Source of the DNA: Alphaproteobacteria bacterium
GTDB taxonomy: Bacteria > Pseudomonadota > Alphaproteobacteria > UBA828
Direction: 5' to 3'
Assembly: GCA_965214705.1 (NCBI GenBank)
Contig: OZ243972.1
Location: 3,584,001 to 3,648,000, forward strand
DNA length: 64,000 nucleotides
The position numbers and the translations under genes are program-made. Below are positions 10,229-21,081 of this stretch, piece after piece (within the stretch, counting starts at the first letter, position 1; every line of letters starts with the position of its first letter). Below the pieces are notes generated by a model. It saw only the letters and a list, made by a program, of their open reading frames with translations. It ran no database searches and had not been told where the DNA came from.

Positions 10229-12388
10229 CCCAAGTTGGCACTTTTCCGCTGCCTGTGTTCCCTATTGGTTTGATTCAACGCGATATTTTTCTCGGTCGAT
10301 TCCAACATGGCCCCACATTTTGTGAGATTCTGTCAGCTCATCAGACGGGTCCTCGTGCGGTGGATGGCGGGGTCCACGCCCGCCGCCGAGGAGATTGCGG
10401 CAACCTCGGCGGCCGGGCGCGTGTCCTGGCGGTTGACGATCAAGGTGCCGTCGGTCTGGCGCAGGCGCGTGGTGATCCGCACCCAGGTCCGCATGCTCTC
10501 GCGGATCGACGCCCAGCACTTGTGGATGCCGCGCGCGGCCAGCCGGGTACGGATCAGATGCACGGCGTGGTAGGCCAGCACGGCGATCAGCAGGTGGGCC
10601 GCGATGCGCCGGTCGAGCTGGTGCCAGATCGGGCGAAGGCCGAGCTCGGATTTCAGGCTCCGGAATGTCGCCTCGATATCCGTGATCCGCCAGTACGTCC
10701 GCAGGACCGTCTCGATGTCCCAGTCGACGTGGCTGGTGCGCAGCACATAGGCACCGGCGCCCTCATCGGCCTCGTCGTATCGCGGCCTGCGCTTGAAGCG
10801 CACGGCGGTGGCATTGGGGCCGGTTTTCGCCCTCTCGACCGTGATCTCGTAGTGCCTGGCGACGGCGGAGAAGCGCTGCTTGAGGCGGCCTATGCTCTCC
10901 AGCACCTTGTCGTAGCGCTTGAGGCGGCCCTTGACCGGGAGGCCGCCGTGGAGCCTTTCCAGCGCCGCCTCGAAGCGGTTCCGCCTCAGGCCGATGATCG
11001 CGTTCTCGGCCTTCTTCTTGCCCTCGCTGACGACGTAGAGCCGCGCCTCGCCGTCCTCGCTGGCAAGCCGCCAGGCCCGCACCTCGTGGCGCGCGCTGGT
11101 GATCAGCAGGGCCTCGGGTCCGCCCTCGGGCGGCGCAGGCCTGGCACCGCGGCTGACCGCGATCCAGTCGTAGCCCTGCTCGCCCAGCCACGCGATGTTT
11201 TTCTCGGTGGCGATGCCCGCGTCCATGACCACCGTGGGCTTCGCCGCCGTGCCGCCGCACACCGCCTCGAGCCGCGCCAGCGCCTCGTGCAGCGTGCCCG
11301 GCTCGCTCACGTTGCCCGGCAGGATCTCGCAACTGCGCGGGAAGCCCGCGCCGTCGAGCGCCAGCGCCAGCGTGATGAGGGGACAGTCGTCGCGCTTCTG
11401 CTTGGAGCGCCCGAACCTGGGAAGCTCGCCGCCCGTGTGGCCGTGGTAGTGGACGTTGGTGAGATCGTAGAAGGCGATCGTCTCGGGCAGGTCGAGCAGT
11501 GCGCGCTCACGGTTGAACAGCTCCCGCTGGATGGCGGCGCGGTGGCGCCAGAGCAGGTCGCCGATGCGGTAGAGCGTCTTGCGCCGCAGCGCCTTGCGGT
11601 CGCCCTCCAGGCCCAGGAGCTCGGCGGCCGCGCTGTCGTGGCGGAGCCAGCGGCTGGTATCACGCTCGCTGGCGGGATGGACCATCCTGGCGACGATCAG
11701 CGCGCTGGCGATGCGCCCGTCGCGGCCCTTGATGTCGAGGCCGTGGAGGATTTCGGCGAAGCCGAGGGCGTCGAGGGCCTTGAGGCACAGGCGCTCGCAG
11801 CCGACCGTGCGCGGGTTCTCGTGCTCCAGGGTATCGAGGTCGACGGTGGCGATGTCGGGCTTGCGCGCCTCTTCCTGCATCGCCTCGACGCGGAACCCCC
11901 TGGCCCTGAGCTTGGCGACGATGTCCTCGGCTGCGGCCCGCACATCCGCCTCGCCCTCGAACAGCGGCGGCTTGCCGTGAAGCAGCGCCTCGGCGAGTTC
12001 GGTGACGGCCTTCCACTTCTCGCGCGGCACCGGATAGTCGGTGCCGAGATTGAGCAGCGTCCTGTGGCGCACCTTGTCGCCGACGCGCTGGGCGAGCACG
12101 AGGCGATGGCTTCGGACCGGCTGGCCGGCCTTGTCGGTGTGTGTCCTGGTTGCCTTGATGTACATGGCGGCGCCGTTTCTGCGATGCCTGTTTCGCATAC
12201 ACGGCGTTCGCGGCATCTGGCAAGAGGGATATCGACTCAACTCCAAAGTCCTGGCCCCACAATTGGCTTCCAGGACCACGAATGGCAAATGTGGGTCTCA
12301 GGTGTCCTCCAACCCCAACATCTAGTGGTTCAGCGCCGCAAAACTGGCTCGAACAGGCTCGGCTGGTCGGAAAAAGTGCCAACTTGGG
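10229..12388 (-). mobile_element. Insertion sequence, IS1634 family
   Basis: TIRs CCCAAGTTGGCACTTTT(T)CCG at both ends; TTGG duplicated at 10225-10228 and 12389-12392. Confidence 0.9.
10333..12165 (-). CDS. IS1634-family transposase
   Basis: [28 protein letters not shown] and [20 protein letters not shown] motifs. Confidence 0.9.
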   Translation of the reverse strand: MYIKATRTHTDKAGQPVRSHRLVLAQRVGDKVRHRTLLNLGTDYPVPREKWKAVTELAEALLHGKPPLFEGEADVRAAAEDIVAKLRARGFRVEAMQEEARKPDIATVDLDTLEHENPRTVGCERLCLKALDALGFAEILHGLDIKGRDGRIASALIVARMVHPASERDTSRWLRHDSAAAELLGLEGDRKALRRKTLYRIGDLLWRHRAAIQRELFNRERALLDLPETIAFYDLTNVHYHGHTGGELPRFGRSKQKRDDCPLITLALALDGAGFPRSCEILPGNVSEPGTLHEALARLEAVCGGTAAKPTVVMDAGIATEKNIAWLGEQGYDWIAVSRGARPAPPEGGPEALLITSARHEVRAWRLASEDGEARLYVVSEGKKKAENAIIGLRRNRFEAALERLHGGLPVKGRLKRYDKVLESIGRLKQRFSAVARHYEITVERAKTGPNATAVRFKRRPRYDEADEGAGAYVLRTSHVDWDIETVLRTYWRITDIEATFRSLKSELGLRPIWHQLDRRIAAHLLIAVLAYHAVHLIRTRLAARGIHKCWASIRESMRTWVRITTRLRQTDGTLIVNRQDTRPAAEVAAISSAAGVDPAIHRTRTRLMS

Positions 12389-12977
12389 TTGGGCTCGCGC
12401 TCTTCATCAAGGGCCTGGAAATGGGCCTCTTCCCGCTCGGCGAGGGTCTGGCCCAGGGGTTTGCGCAGAAGGGGAGCCTGTTCTGGCTCCTCGTCTTTTC
12501 CTTCGCGCTCGGCTTCGGAACTACCGTCGCGGAGCCTGCGCTGATCGCCGTCACGGCAGAGGCCGCCCGGGTCGCCGCCGACGCCGGAGTCGTCGCGGCC
12601 GATGCGGACGCCATGGACTCCTACGCGCTCGGCTTGCGCTACACGGTCGCCGTCTCGGTCGGCGTCGGTATCACGCTCGGCGTGCTTCGTATCCTCAAGG
12701 GCTGGCCGCTCCACTATTGGATCATCGGCGGCTACATCATCGCCGTCGGCCTCACCTTCATCGCGCCCGATGAAATCGTCGGCATCGCCTACGATTCCGG
12801 TGGGGTCACGACGTCCACCATCACCGTGCCCATGGTGACGGCCCTCGGCGTCGGCCTGGCCGCGTCGATCCGCGGGCGCAACCCGCTGATCGACGGCTTC
12901 GGGCTCATCGCCTACGCGAGCCTCACGCCCATCATCTTCGTGCTCATCTTCGGCATGGTGACTTAGGGCGTGGCGCG

Positions 12978-13100
12978 ATGGAGTTGATCTCTCTCATATT
13001 GTCCGCCGGCCTCGATACGGTGCAGGACGTCGCCCCGCTGGTCGGACTCGTTCTCTTGATGCGGATGCTCGTCACGGTCTTCCGGGGTGCGGCATGGTAG
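12978..13100 (+). CDS. 40-aa hydrophobic microprotein resembling the DUF1538 N-terminus
   Basis: MELISLILSAGLDTVQDVAPLVGLVLLMRMLVTVFRGAAW*; fills the gap between the two DUF1538 genes and overlaps the next start by 7 nt. Confidence 0.5.
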   Translation: MELISLILSAGLDTVQDVAPLVGLVLLMRMLVTVFRGAAW

Positions 13101-13882
13101 ACATTCTTGTCGTCTTACCGTCGGTGGGCCTCGATACGGTGCGCGACATCGTGCCGCTGCTCGCCATCGTGCTGTTCTTCCAGATCGTCGTCCTGCGCCA
13201 GCGCCCGGCGAATCTCGGTCGGATCGTGGTCGGCTTCGTCTATGTCGTCGTCGGACTCGTGTTATTCCTCATCGGGCTGGAGGAGGCGCTCTTCCCTCTC
13301 GGCAAGACGATGGCTGCCCAACTGACCGACCCGGCCTTCCTCGGCCTTGCGGCGGGCGCGACCGCTCATTGGCTCGACTATGGCTGGATCTACGCCTTTG
13401 CGGCAGCCATCGGCTTCGGCACCACCATCGCGGAGCCGTCGCTCATGGCCGTTGCGCGCAAGGCCGGCGCCGTCTCGGGCGGGACGATCAACCCCTGGGG
13501 TCTAAGGATTGCAGTTGCCGCGGGCGTTGCCGTCGGGGTCGGGGTGGGGACCGTCCGCATCGTTACCGGAATACCGCTCCACTATCTGTTCATGGGCGCC
13601 TACGCGCTCGTGATCCTGCTGACCATCTTCGCCTCGCGCAGCATCATTGCGCTCGCCTACGATTCGGGCGGCGTCACGTCGTCGACCGTGACCGTGCCGC
13701 TGGTGGCCGCTTTGGGGCTCGGCCTCGCCGCCAACGTGCCGGGGCGTAGCCCGATGCTCGATGGCTTCGGCCTTATCGCGTTCGCATGTGTGTTTGCCGT
13801 CATCGCTGTGCTGGGGTTTACCCAGCTTTCGTCGGCGCTCGCCGCCCTGCGCAAGCGCCGATCATCCGGGAAAGGAACCTGA
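13094..13882 (+). CDS. DUF1538-family membrane protein, copy 2
   Basis: Multiple TM segments; [33 protein letters not shown] and DGFGLIA. Confidence 0.85.
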   Translation: MVDILVVLPSVGLDTVRDIVPLLAIVLFFQIVVLRQRPANLGRIVVGFVYVVVGLVLFLIGLEEALFPLGKTMAAQLTDPAFLGLAAGATAHWLDYGWIYAFAAAIGFGTTIAEPSLMAVARKAGAVSGGTINPWGLRIAVAAGVAVGVGVGTVRIVTGIPLHYLFMGAYALVILLTIFASRSIIALAYDSGGVTSSTVTVPLVAALGLGLAANVPGRSPMLDGFGLIAFACVFAVIAVLGFTQLSSALAALRKRRSSGKGT

Positions 13883-13885
13883 ACG

Positions 13886-14236
13886 ATGCGTTTCAAGCTC
13901 ATCATGGCGCTCGTGGATTCGGGCGAGACCGATGCCGTTCTCGCCGCCGGCCGTCGCACCGGGGCGACCGGTGCTACAATCATCACCGGCTGCCGCGGCG
14001 AGGGGCTCGAGCCGCAGCAAACCTTTCTCGGCTTGAGGCTGACTGGCCAGCGCGACATCGTGATGTTCCTCGTGGAAGAGCATATGAGCCGCAACGTCCT
14101 TGAGGAGATTGCGACTGCCGGGGCCTTCGAGGAGAAGTCAGGGACGGGGATCGCGTTCCAGATTGCCATCGAAGACGCGATCGGCCTTTCCCATCAGATC
14201 GCCGAGATCAAGCACGAGATCGAGGACCAGATATGA
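13886..14236 (+). CDS. P-II-like signal transduction protein
   Basis: 116 aa; GATGATII..RGEG, T-loop-like segment and GTGIAF. Confidence 0.85.
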   Translation: MRFKLIMALVDSGETDAVLAAGRRTGATGATIITGCRGEGLEPQQTFLGLRLTGQRDIVMFLVEEHMSRNVLEEIATAGAFEEKSGTGIAFQIAIEDAIGLSHQIAEIKHEIEDQI

Positions 14237-14694
14237 GCAGGAAGGCAAACACGGCCACGGCAGAAGCGCAGGGTGCGCAGCTCAACACGGTGCGCGCGGT
14301 GATGTCGCCGCCGATGCCGGCGCCGATCAACGGCGTGGCCACGGTGCACGAGGCTCTCCAAGTGATGCGCGAGAACAACGTGTACTCGCTCGTGGTCGAG
14401 CGCCGCCGGCCCGGCGACGAGTACGGCATGGTCGTGATCTCCGACATCGCCAACAAGGTGATCGCGGACAACCGCTCGCCCGACCGGGTGAATGTCTACG
14501 AGATCATGTCGAAGCCGGTGCTCACCATCAGCGCCGACATGGAGATCAAGTACGCGATCCGCCTGCTTGGTCGATTCGGCCTCTCGCGCAGCGTGGTGGT
14601 CGACGGCAACGAGGCGGTCGGCTTCGTCACGCTGACCGACATGGTCTTTCGCTACTACGAGCAGGAGGCGAGGCGGCAGGAGGCGAGCGGGTAG
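14233..14694 (+). CDS. CBS domain-pair protein
   Basis: Two CBS repeats (VRAVMSP...YGMVVISDI; VYEIMSKP...VGFVTLTD); ATGA overlap with the P-II gene. Confidence 0.85.
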   Translation: MSRKANTATAEAQGAQLNTVRAVMSPPMPAPINGVATVHEALQVMRENNVYSLVVERRRPGDEYGMVVISDIANKVIADNRSPDRVNVYEIMSKPVLTISADMEIKYAIRLLGRFGLSRSVVVDGNEAVGFVTLTDMVFRYYEQEARRQEASG

Positions 14695-14708
14695 GGCGGC
14701 GGCAAGAG

Positions 14709-15482
14709 ATGACCGTGTCTGACGCAATTCCACGGGCGGCACTGGTCACCGGCGCCGGGGCGCGCATCGGCCGCACCATCGCCGAGGCGCTGGCGCAGGA
14801 CGGCTGGGCGGTCGCGGTGCACCATCGCGAGTCCGGTGATGCCGCCAGGGATGTCGTCGCGGGGATCGAGAGCGCCGGCGGCCGCGCCGTGGCGCTGAGG
14901 GCCGATCTCGCCGAGGAGGGCGAGGTCGAGACCCTGGTGGCGCGCGCGACGGAAGCGCTCGGGCCCCTCGGCTGCCTGGTCAACAACGCCTCTCCGTTCG
15001 AGTGCGACGACCTGCAAAGTACGAGCCGCGCGAGCTGGGATCTCCACATGGCGGTCAATCTGCGCGCGCCCTTCGTGCTGACGCAGAAGTTCGCGGCAGC
15101 GCTGCCGGACGAGGCGGAAGGCTGCATCGTCAACGTGCTCGACCAGCGCGTCTGGAGCCTTACGCCACACTTCATGTCGTACACGCTCAGCAAGGCGGGC
15201 CTCTGGACGCTCACACAGACGGCGGCGCTCGCGCTGGCGCCCCGCATCCGGGTGAACGGAATTGGCCCCGGACCGACCCTGCCCAGCGCGCGCCAAAGCT
15301 CCGAACATTTCGCCGCGCAATACGAAGCCACGCCGTTGAAACGCGCCGTGGCCCCCGCCGACATCGCGGACGGCGTGCGGTTTATCCTCGCCTCGCGCGC
15401 GCTGACCGGGCAGATGATTGCCCTGGACAGCGGTCAGCATCTTGGCTGGGCGATGCCACAGGGGAAAGAAGTCCTCGAATGA
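14709..15482 (+). CDS. SDR oxidoreductase, pteridine reductase/FolM-like
   Basis: TGAGARIG, NNAS, YTLSK and IRVNGIGPG; directly upstream of folB. Confidence 0.85.
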   Translation: MTVSDAIPRAALVTGAGARIGRTIAEALAQDGWAVAVHHRESGDAARDVVAGIESAGGRAVALRADLAEEGEVETLVARATEALGPLGCLVNNASPFECDDLQSTSRASWDLHMAVNLRAPFVLTQKFAAALPDEAEGCIVNVLDQRVWSLTPHFMSYTLSKAGLWTLTQTAALALAPRIRVNGIGPGPTLPSARQSSEHFAAQYEATPLKRAVAPADIADGVRFILASRALTGQMIALDSGQHLGWAMPQGKEVLE

Positions 15483-15867
15483 GCACGAAGACCCCAACGC
15501 CGGATCAACCCGCAGCCACGCGGCGCCACCTGCTGATTCGCGACCTCGTCGTGCCCTGCTCGATCGGAGTCCACGAACACGAGCGCCTCGGCACGCAGCG
15601 GGTGCGGATCAACGTCCGCGTGCGCGTTGCCGACGACGAGGGGCCGATCGAGGACAGCATCGCCAACGTCGTCTCTTACGAGACCATCGTGGACGGCATT
15701 CGCGCCATCATCGCCGGCGGTCATATCAACCTGGTGGAGACTTTGGCCGATCGCATCGTCGAGCTCTGCCTCGCCAACCGCCGCGTGCGCAGCGTGTGGG
15801 TGCGGGTCGAGAAGCTCGACCTCTACCCGGATGCCGCGGGCGTGGGCGTCGAAGTGGAGCGCTCCCG

Positions 15868-15871
<4 letters not shown>
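15479..15871 (+). CDS. folB: Dihydroneopterin aldolase
   Basis: IGVHEHE...QRVRIN, VSYE, LVETLA and VEKLD..P.AAGVGVE. Confidence 0.88.
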
Positions 15872-16752
<881 letters not shown>

Positions 16753-16761
16753 GGCCGCGCG

Positions 16762-17430
16762 CTAGCCGATATGGCGTGCGAGGTGGGCGAGGGACCTGTC
16801 GCGGGCGAGCGTGGCGGCCTCCGGATGATAGTCGGCCCGTTGGTCGCAGTTGAAGCCGTGGCCGGCGCCCTGATAGACGTGAACCGTGACGTCCGGGTGG
16901 GTCGTGGTGATCTCGTCCACGTCGGCCATCGGGATGCCCGCGTCTTCGGTGCCGAAGTGGAGCATCGTCGGGCAGGCGGGTGTCTCGCCCACGAACTCGA
17001 TGATCTGGCCGCCGTAGTAGCCGACCGCCGCGTCGATCTCCAGGCGGCAGGCGGCAAGCCAGGCCAGCGAGCCGCCCCAGCAATAGCCCACCACGACCAC
17101 CTTCGGTGCGCCTTCGAGCGCATCCACCCCGGCCTTGATGTCCATGACCGGACCTTCCCAGCCGATATCGGCCTTGTGCCCGCGCCCTTCGTCGACCGTC
17201 TCGGCGCTGTAGCCGAGCTCGATTCCCGGCTCCTTCCGGTCGAACAGGCATGGCGCTATGACGAGATAGCCCTGGGCCGCGTAATCGTCGCAGACCCCTC
17301 TGATGTGGTCGTTGACCCCAAAAATCTCCTGCACGAGCACGAGGCCCGCGCGGGGCTCGCCATCGGGCGCAGCGCGGTAAGCGTTGAGAACGTGACCATC
17401 GTCCGCAGTCAGCTGGACAACTGCGCCCAT
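16762..17430 (-). CDS. Dienelactone hydrolase family protein
   Basis: QEIFGVN, GYCWGG nucleophile motif and GAGHGF. Confidence 0.9.
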   Translation of the reverse strand: MGAVVQLTADDGHVLNAYRAAPDGEPRAGLVLVQEIFGVNDHIRGVCDDYAAQGYLVIAPCLFDRKEPGIELGYSAETVDEGRGHKADIGWEGPVMDIKAGVDALEGAPKVVVVGYCWGGSLAWLAACRLEIDAAVGYYGGQIIEFVGETPACPTMLHFGTEDAGIPMADVDEITTTHPDVTVHVYQGAGHGFNCDQRADYHPEAATLARDRSLAHLARHIG

Positions 17431-17551
17431 CGTGGGTGCCTCCCTGATCCCCCATTGTGTTGCGCCCATTCGAGCGCTGGCCCCTCACATAGCAGAAGGG
17501 ACATAGGCACGCCACTCATAGGCAGGCCGTGACTCTGGTGAGAAATGCGGT

Positions 17552-18655
17552 CTACACGTTGAAACGGAACAGCATCACGTCGCCGTCCCGCACGACGTAG
17601 GAGCGCCCCTCCTGGCGCATGCGCCCGGCGGTGCGGGCGGCCTGCTCGCCGCCGAGCGCGATCAGCTCGTTTGCCGGGATGGTCTCGGCGCAGATGAAGC
17701 CGCGTGCGAAATCTGTGTGGATGCGGCCCGCGGCCTCGACCGCCGTGCTGCCCTCGCGAATGGGCCAAGCGCGCGCTTCCGTCTCGGTGGCGGTGAGGAA
17801 GCGGATCAGGCCGAGCAAGCGGTGCCCGGCGTGAATCACGCGGTCCAGGCCCGGCGCTTCGAGTTCGAGGGCTTCGAGGAACTCGCGCTTCTCATCCGGG
17901 TCTTCGAGGAGGGCGATTTCCGCTTCGATCGACGCCGAAACGACCACCTGTTCCGCGCCGGCGGCGGTGGCATGGGCGGCGACGGCCTGACTCATCGCGT
18001 TGCCCGACGCCGCGCTCGCCTCATCGACGTTGCCGACATAGAGCACCGGCTTCGCGCTGAGCAGATTGAGGGCTGCGAATTCGCGCGCGGTCGTCTCGTC
18101 GGGCAGGTGGAGCCCGCGTGCCGGTTGGCCGTTCTCAAGCAGGGCGAGCGCCGGTTCGATCGCCGAGAGCCGATCCTTCGCCTCCTTGTCGCCTCCGCGG
18201 GCGCGCTTGATCGCCGCTTCGCGCTGACGCTCCAGACTTTCAAGGTCGGCCAGCATCAGTTCGGTCTCGATCAGCCCGATGTCGTGCAGGGGATCGACCG
18301 CACCGGAGGCGTGCGCCACCTGGTCGTCCTCGAAGCAGCGGACCAGATGGAGCAGCGCATCGACCTCGCGCACGTGGCCCAGGAAGCGGTTGCCCAGCCC
18401 CTCCCCCTTGCTGGCACCGGCGACGAGGCCGGCGATATCCACCACCTCCAGCACGCTCGGCACGACCTTGCGCGAGCCGGCGAGACGCGCGACCTCGTGG
18501 AGTGCCGAGTCCGGCACCGGCGCGCGCCCGACATTGGGCTCGACGGTGCAGAACGGATAGTTGCCGACCTCGGCCGCACCGCTCGCCACCAGCGCGTTGA
18601 AGAGCGTGGACTTGCCCACATTGGGCAGGCCCACGATGCCGCACCTAAACCCCAC
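17552..18655 (-). CDS. ychF: Ribosome-binding ATPase YchF
   Basis: GFRCGIVGLPNVGKST, NYPFCT, DIAGLV, GEGLGN and C-terminal FRFNV; GTG start inferred. Confidence 0.95.
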   Translation of the reverse strand: MGFRCGIVGLPNVGKSTLFNALVASGAAEVGNYPFCTVEPNVGRAPVPDSALHEVARLAGSRKVVPSVLEVVDIAGLVAGASKGEGLGNRFLGHVREVDALLHLVRCFEDDQVAHASGAVDPLHDIGLIETELMLADLESLERQREAAIKRARGGDKEAKDRLSAIEPALALLENGQPARGLHLPDETTAREFAALNLLSAKPVLYVGNVDEASAASGNAMSQAVAAHATAAGAEQVVVSASIEAEIALLEDPDEKREFLEALELEAPGLDRVIHAGHRLLGLIRFLTATETEARAWPIREGSTAVEAAGRIHTDFARGFICAETIPANELIALGGEQAARTAGRMRQEGRSYVVRDGDVMLFRFNV

Positions 18656-19367
18656 CCGACGATCCAGGCGGGGGTTCACCGCCGGCCTGCGCAGGGCTCG
18701 ATCCCGGCGGCGGGGCGAGCAGCGCGACCCGGCTCATGAAGGCACTGGCGTCGCCTGCCATGAGCAGCGGGAAGGCATCGACGATGGCGTCGAGAGTCGG
18801 GTCGAGCCAGATCCGGTCCGACGCGCCGAAGTTGGAGAGCACGTGGCCGGTCATTTGGTCCCGATCGCCGGGGTGGCCGATTCCGATGCGCACACGCCAG
18901 TAATCGGCGCCGATATGAGCGCGGATGCTCCTGAGCCCTTTGTGGCCGGCGACTCCGCCGCCGCACTTAGCGCGAATTTTGCCGGCGGCGAGATCAACTT
19001 CGTCGTGCAGGACGATGACGGCCGTCGGCTCCAGGCGATGGAAGCGCATGGCGGCGCCCACCGCGCGGCCCGAATCGTTCATGTAAGTCTGCGGCTTGAG
19101 AGCGAGCACGGACTCGTCGCCGACGCGGCCCTCGGCGATCTCGCCGTGGAAGCGGGTGCGCCGCTTGAAAGCGCCGAAGCCATGCGCCGCTGCCAGCGCA
19201 TCGAGCGCCATGAAGCCGACGTTGTGGCGATGCCGGGCCGCATCGGCGCCGGGGTTGCCGAGGCCGACCAGCAGGCGGGAAGGAGCGCCGCCCTGGGCGG
19301 CGCGGGAGCGGCGGAAGATGCCCGTGTCAGGAGTCCTCGCTTTCCTCGGCCGGCGCGCCCTCGGCAT
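18645..19367 (-). CDS. pth: Peptidyl-tRNA hydrolase (start uncertain)
   Basis: LLVGLGNPG, RHNVGF, KPQTYMNDSG, HDEVDL, GHKGLRSI and RIGIGHP. Confidence 0.92.
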   Translation of the reverse strand: MPRARRPRKARTPDTGIFRRSRAAQGGAPSRLLVGLGNPGADAARHRHNVGFMALDALAAAHGFGAFKRRTRFHGEIAEGRVGDESVLALKPQTYMNDSGRAVGAAMRFHRLEPTAVIVLHDEVDLAAGKIRAKCGGGVAGHKGLRSIRAHIGADYWRVRIGIGHPGDRDQMTGHVLSNFGASDRIWLDPTLDAIVDAFPLLMAGDASAFMSRVALLAPPPGSSPAQAGGEPPPGSSGGV

Positions 19368-20010
19368 CTTCGGCCCCTTCCTCGGCGCCTTCCTCCAGTT
19401 CCTCGCCCTCTTCGCCTTCTTCCTCCTCGACCGGCTCGACGATGACCGTGGGCGCGGCGATGGTGGCGACGGTGAAGTCGCGATCGGTGATGGTGGGCGT
19501 GACGCCCTCCGGAAGCTCGATGTTGCTGATGTGGATGCTGTCGCCGATCTCGCATCCGGTCACATCCGCCACGAGAAATTCGGGGATCGCTTCGAGCGGA
19601 CACATCAGCTCGACCTCGTGGCGGACGATGTTGAGCACGCCGCCGCGCTTCAGGCCTTCGCACTCCTCCTGACCCTCGAACCGGACCTCCACCCAAACCG
19701 CGAGCGTCGCGCCCGCGACGTAGCGGATGAAGTCGACATGGACCGGCGCATCGCTGACCGGATCGACTTGGACGTCGCGGGCCAGAACGCGAATCACGTC
19801 GCCGTTGACCTTGAGGTCGTAGAGGCGGGCGAAGAAGCCCCGCCGGCCGATCTCGCGCTCCAGCACGTTGTAGTCGAGCGATACGGACAGCGGATCTGCG
19901 CCGCCACCATAGACAATGGCTGGCGTGCGGCCTTCGCGCCTAAGTGCCCGCGCGCCTCCCTTGCCGCGCGGCTCGCGCGGCAGTGCCTCGATCATTGCTT
20001 CGTCACTCAT
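19327..20010 (-). CDS. rplY: 50S ribosomal protein L25 / Ctc
   Basis: GKGGARALRREG..PAIVYG, HVDF and GLKRGG; acidic tail. Confidence 0.95.
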   Translation of the reverse strand: MSDEAMIEALPREPRGKGGARALRREGRTPAIVYGGGADPLSVSLDYNVLEREIGRRGFFARLYDLKVNGDVIRVLARDVQVDPVSDAPVHVDFIRYVAGATLAVWVEVRFEGQEECEGLKRGGVLNIVRHEVELMCPLEAIPEFLVADVTGCEIGDSIHISNIELPEGVTPTITDRDFTVATIAAPTVIVEPVEEEEGEEGEELEEGAEEGAEDAEGAPAEESEDS

Positions 20011-20041
20011 GGTCTTGGTCTCCGGAATTCTGTCGCGCGCA

Positions 20042-20974
20042 TCAATCGAAGAGGCTCGAGACCGAGGTCTCCGAGCTGATACGGAGAATCGATTCGGCCA
20101 TCAATGGCGCGATTGGGAGCACACGGATGTTGTCCGCGCTCTCCACGGCTTCGGTTGTCTGAATGGTGTCCGTCACGACCAGCGACTCGAGCTCAGACGA
20201 CGAGACCCGTGCCACCGCTTCGCCCGATAGCACCGCGTGAGAGACATAGCCGTGGACCGCCTTCGCACCTGCTTCCTTGAGCGCCGCTGCTGCGTTGCAG
20301 AGAGTCCCTGCCGAATCGACGATGTCGTCCACGATGATGCAGCGCCGACCCTCGACATCGCCGATGATATTCATGACTTCCGATTGGCCCGCACGCTCGC
20401 GCCGCTTGTCAACGATCGAGAGATCGGCCTCGAAGCGCTTGGCCATGGCACGAGCCCGCAGCACGCCGCCCACATCGGGCGAGACGAACATCAGAGGCTC
20501 GTTGTTGTAGTTCAGCCTGATGTCATCGACCATCACCGGCGCCGCGTAGAGATTATCCACCGGAATGTCGAAGAACCCCTGAATCTGTCCGGCGTGCAGG
20601 TCGAGCGTGAGAACCCGGTTGGCGCCGCTCGCCTCGATCAGGTTGGCGACCAGCTTGGCGGAGATCGGCGTGCGTGGCGACGATTTTCGGTCCTGCCGTG
20701 CGTAGCCGAAATAGGGCACCACCGCCGTCACCCGCTGCGCTGAGGCGCGCTTCAGGGCGTCGAGGCAGATCAGCAGCTCCATCAGGTTGTCGTTGGCCGG
20801 TGTCGACGTCGATTGAATCAGGAACACGTCTTCGCCGCGCACGTTCTCCAGAATCTCCACGAAGATCTCGGAATCGGAGAAGCGGCGAATCGAGGCTCGA
20901 GTCAAACCGATGCCGAGCGCCGACGAGATCGCCTCAGCCAGCGGCCGGTTGCTGTTCCCGGCAACGAGCTTCAT
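20042..20974 (-). CDS. prs: Ribose-phosphate pyrophosphokinase
   Basis: [29 protein letters not shown] and [10 protein letters not shown]. Confidence 0.96.
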   Translation of the reverse strand: MKLVAGNSNRPLAEAISSALGIGLTRASIRRFSDSEIFVEILENVRGEDVFLIQSTSTPANDNLMELLICLDALKRASAQRVTAVVPYFGYARQDRKSSPRTPISAKLVANLIEASGANRVLTLDLHAGQIQGFFDIPVDNLYAAPVMVDDIRLNYNNEPLMFVSPDVGGVLRARAMAKRFEADLSIVDKRRERAGQSEVMNIIGDVEGRRCIIVDDIVDSAGTLCNAAAALKEAGAKAVHGYVSHAVLSGEAVARVSSSELESLVVTDTIQTTEAVESADNIRVLPIAPLMAESILRISSETSVSSLFD

Positions 20975-21081
20975 CGATGACGGTTCCCTGGAGCGTGGAT
21001 CGGGGCAAGACCCGCAGGGCCGCCCTGCAGGCCCCGAAGGCGCGCGGACTGTATCAATCTGCCCCTGCCCTGTAAACGCCG

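Larger units (their letters stand above)
9990..12966 (+). pseudogene. DUF1538-family membrane protein, copy 1, interrupted by IS1634; pieces 9990-10228 and 12393-12966
   Basis: Removing the IS and one TTGG restores ...LVLVMLG|[17 protein letters not shown]...; carries TTVAEPAL and AYDSGGVTT motifs like its paralogue at 13094. Confidence 0.85.

Noticed and set aside
10225-12966. 913-aa ORF ending in a membrane domain
   Set aside because: Antisense read-through of the IS1634 transposase that happens to run in frame into the 3' half of the split DUF1538 gene; not a real fusion.
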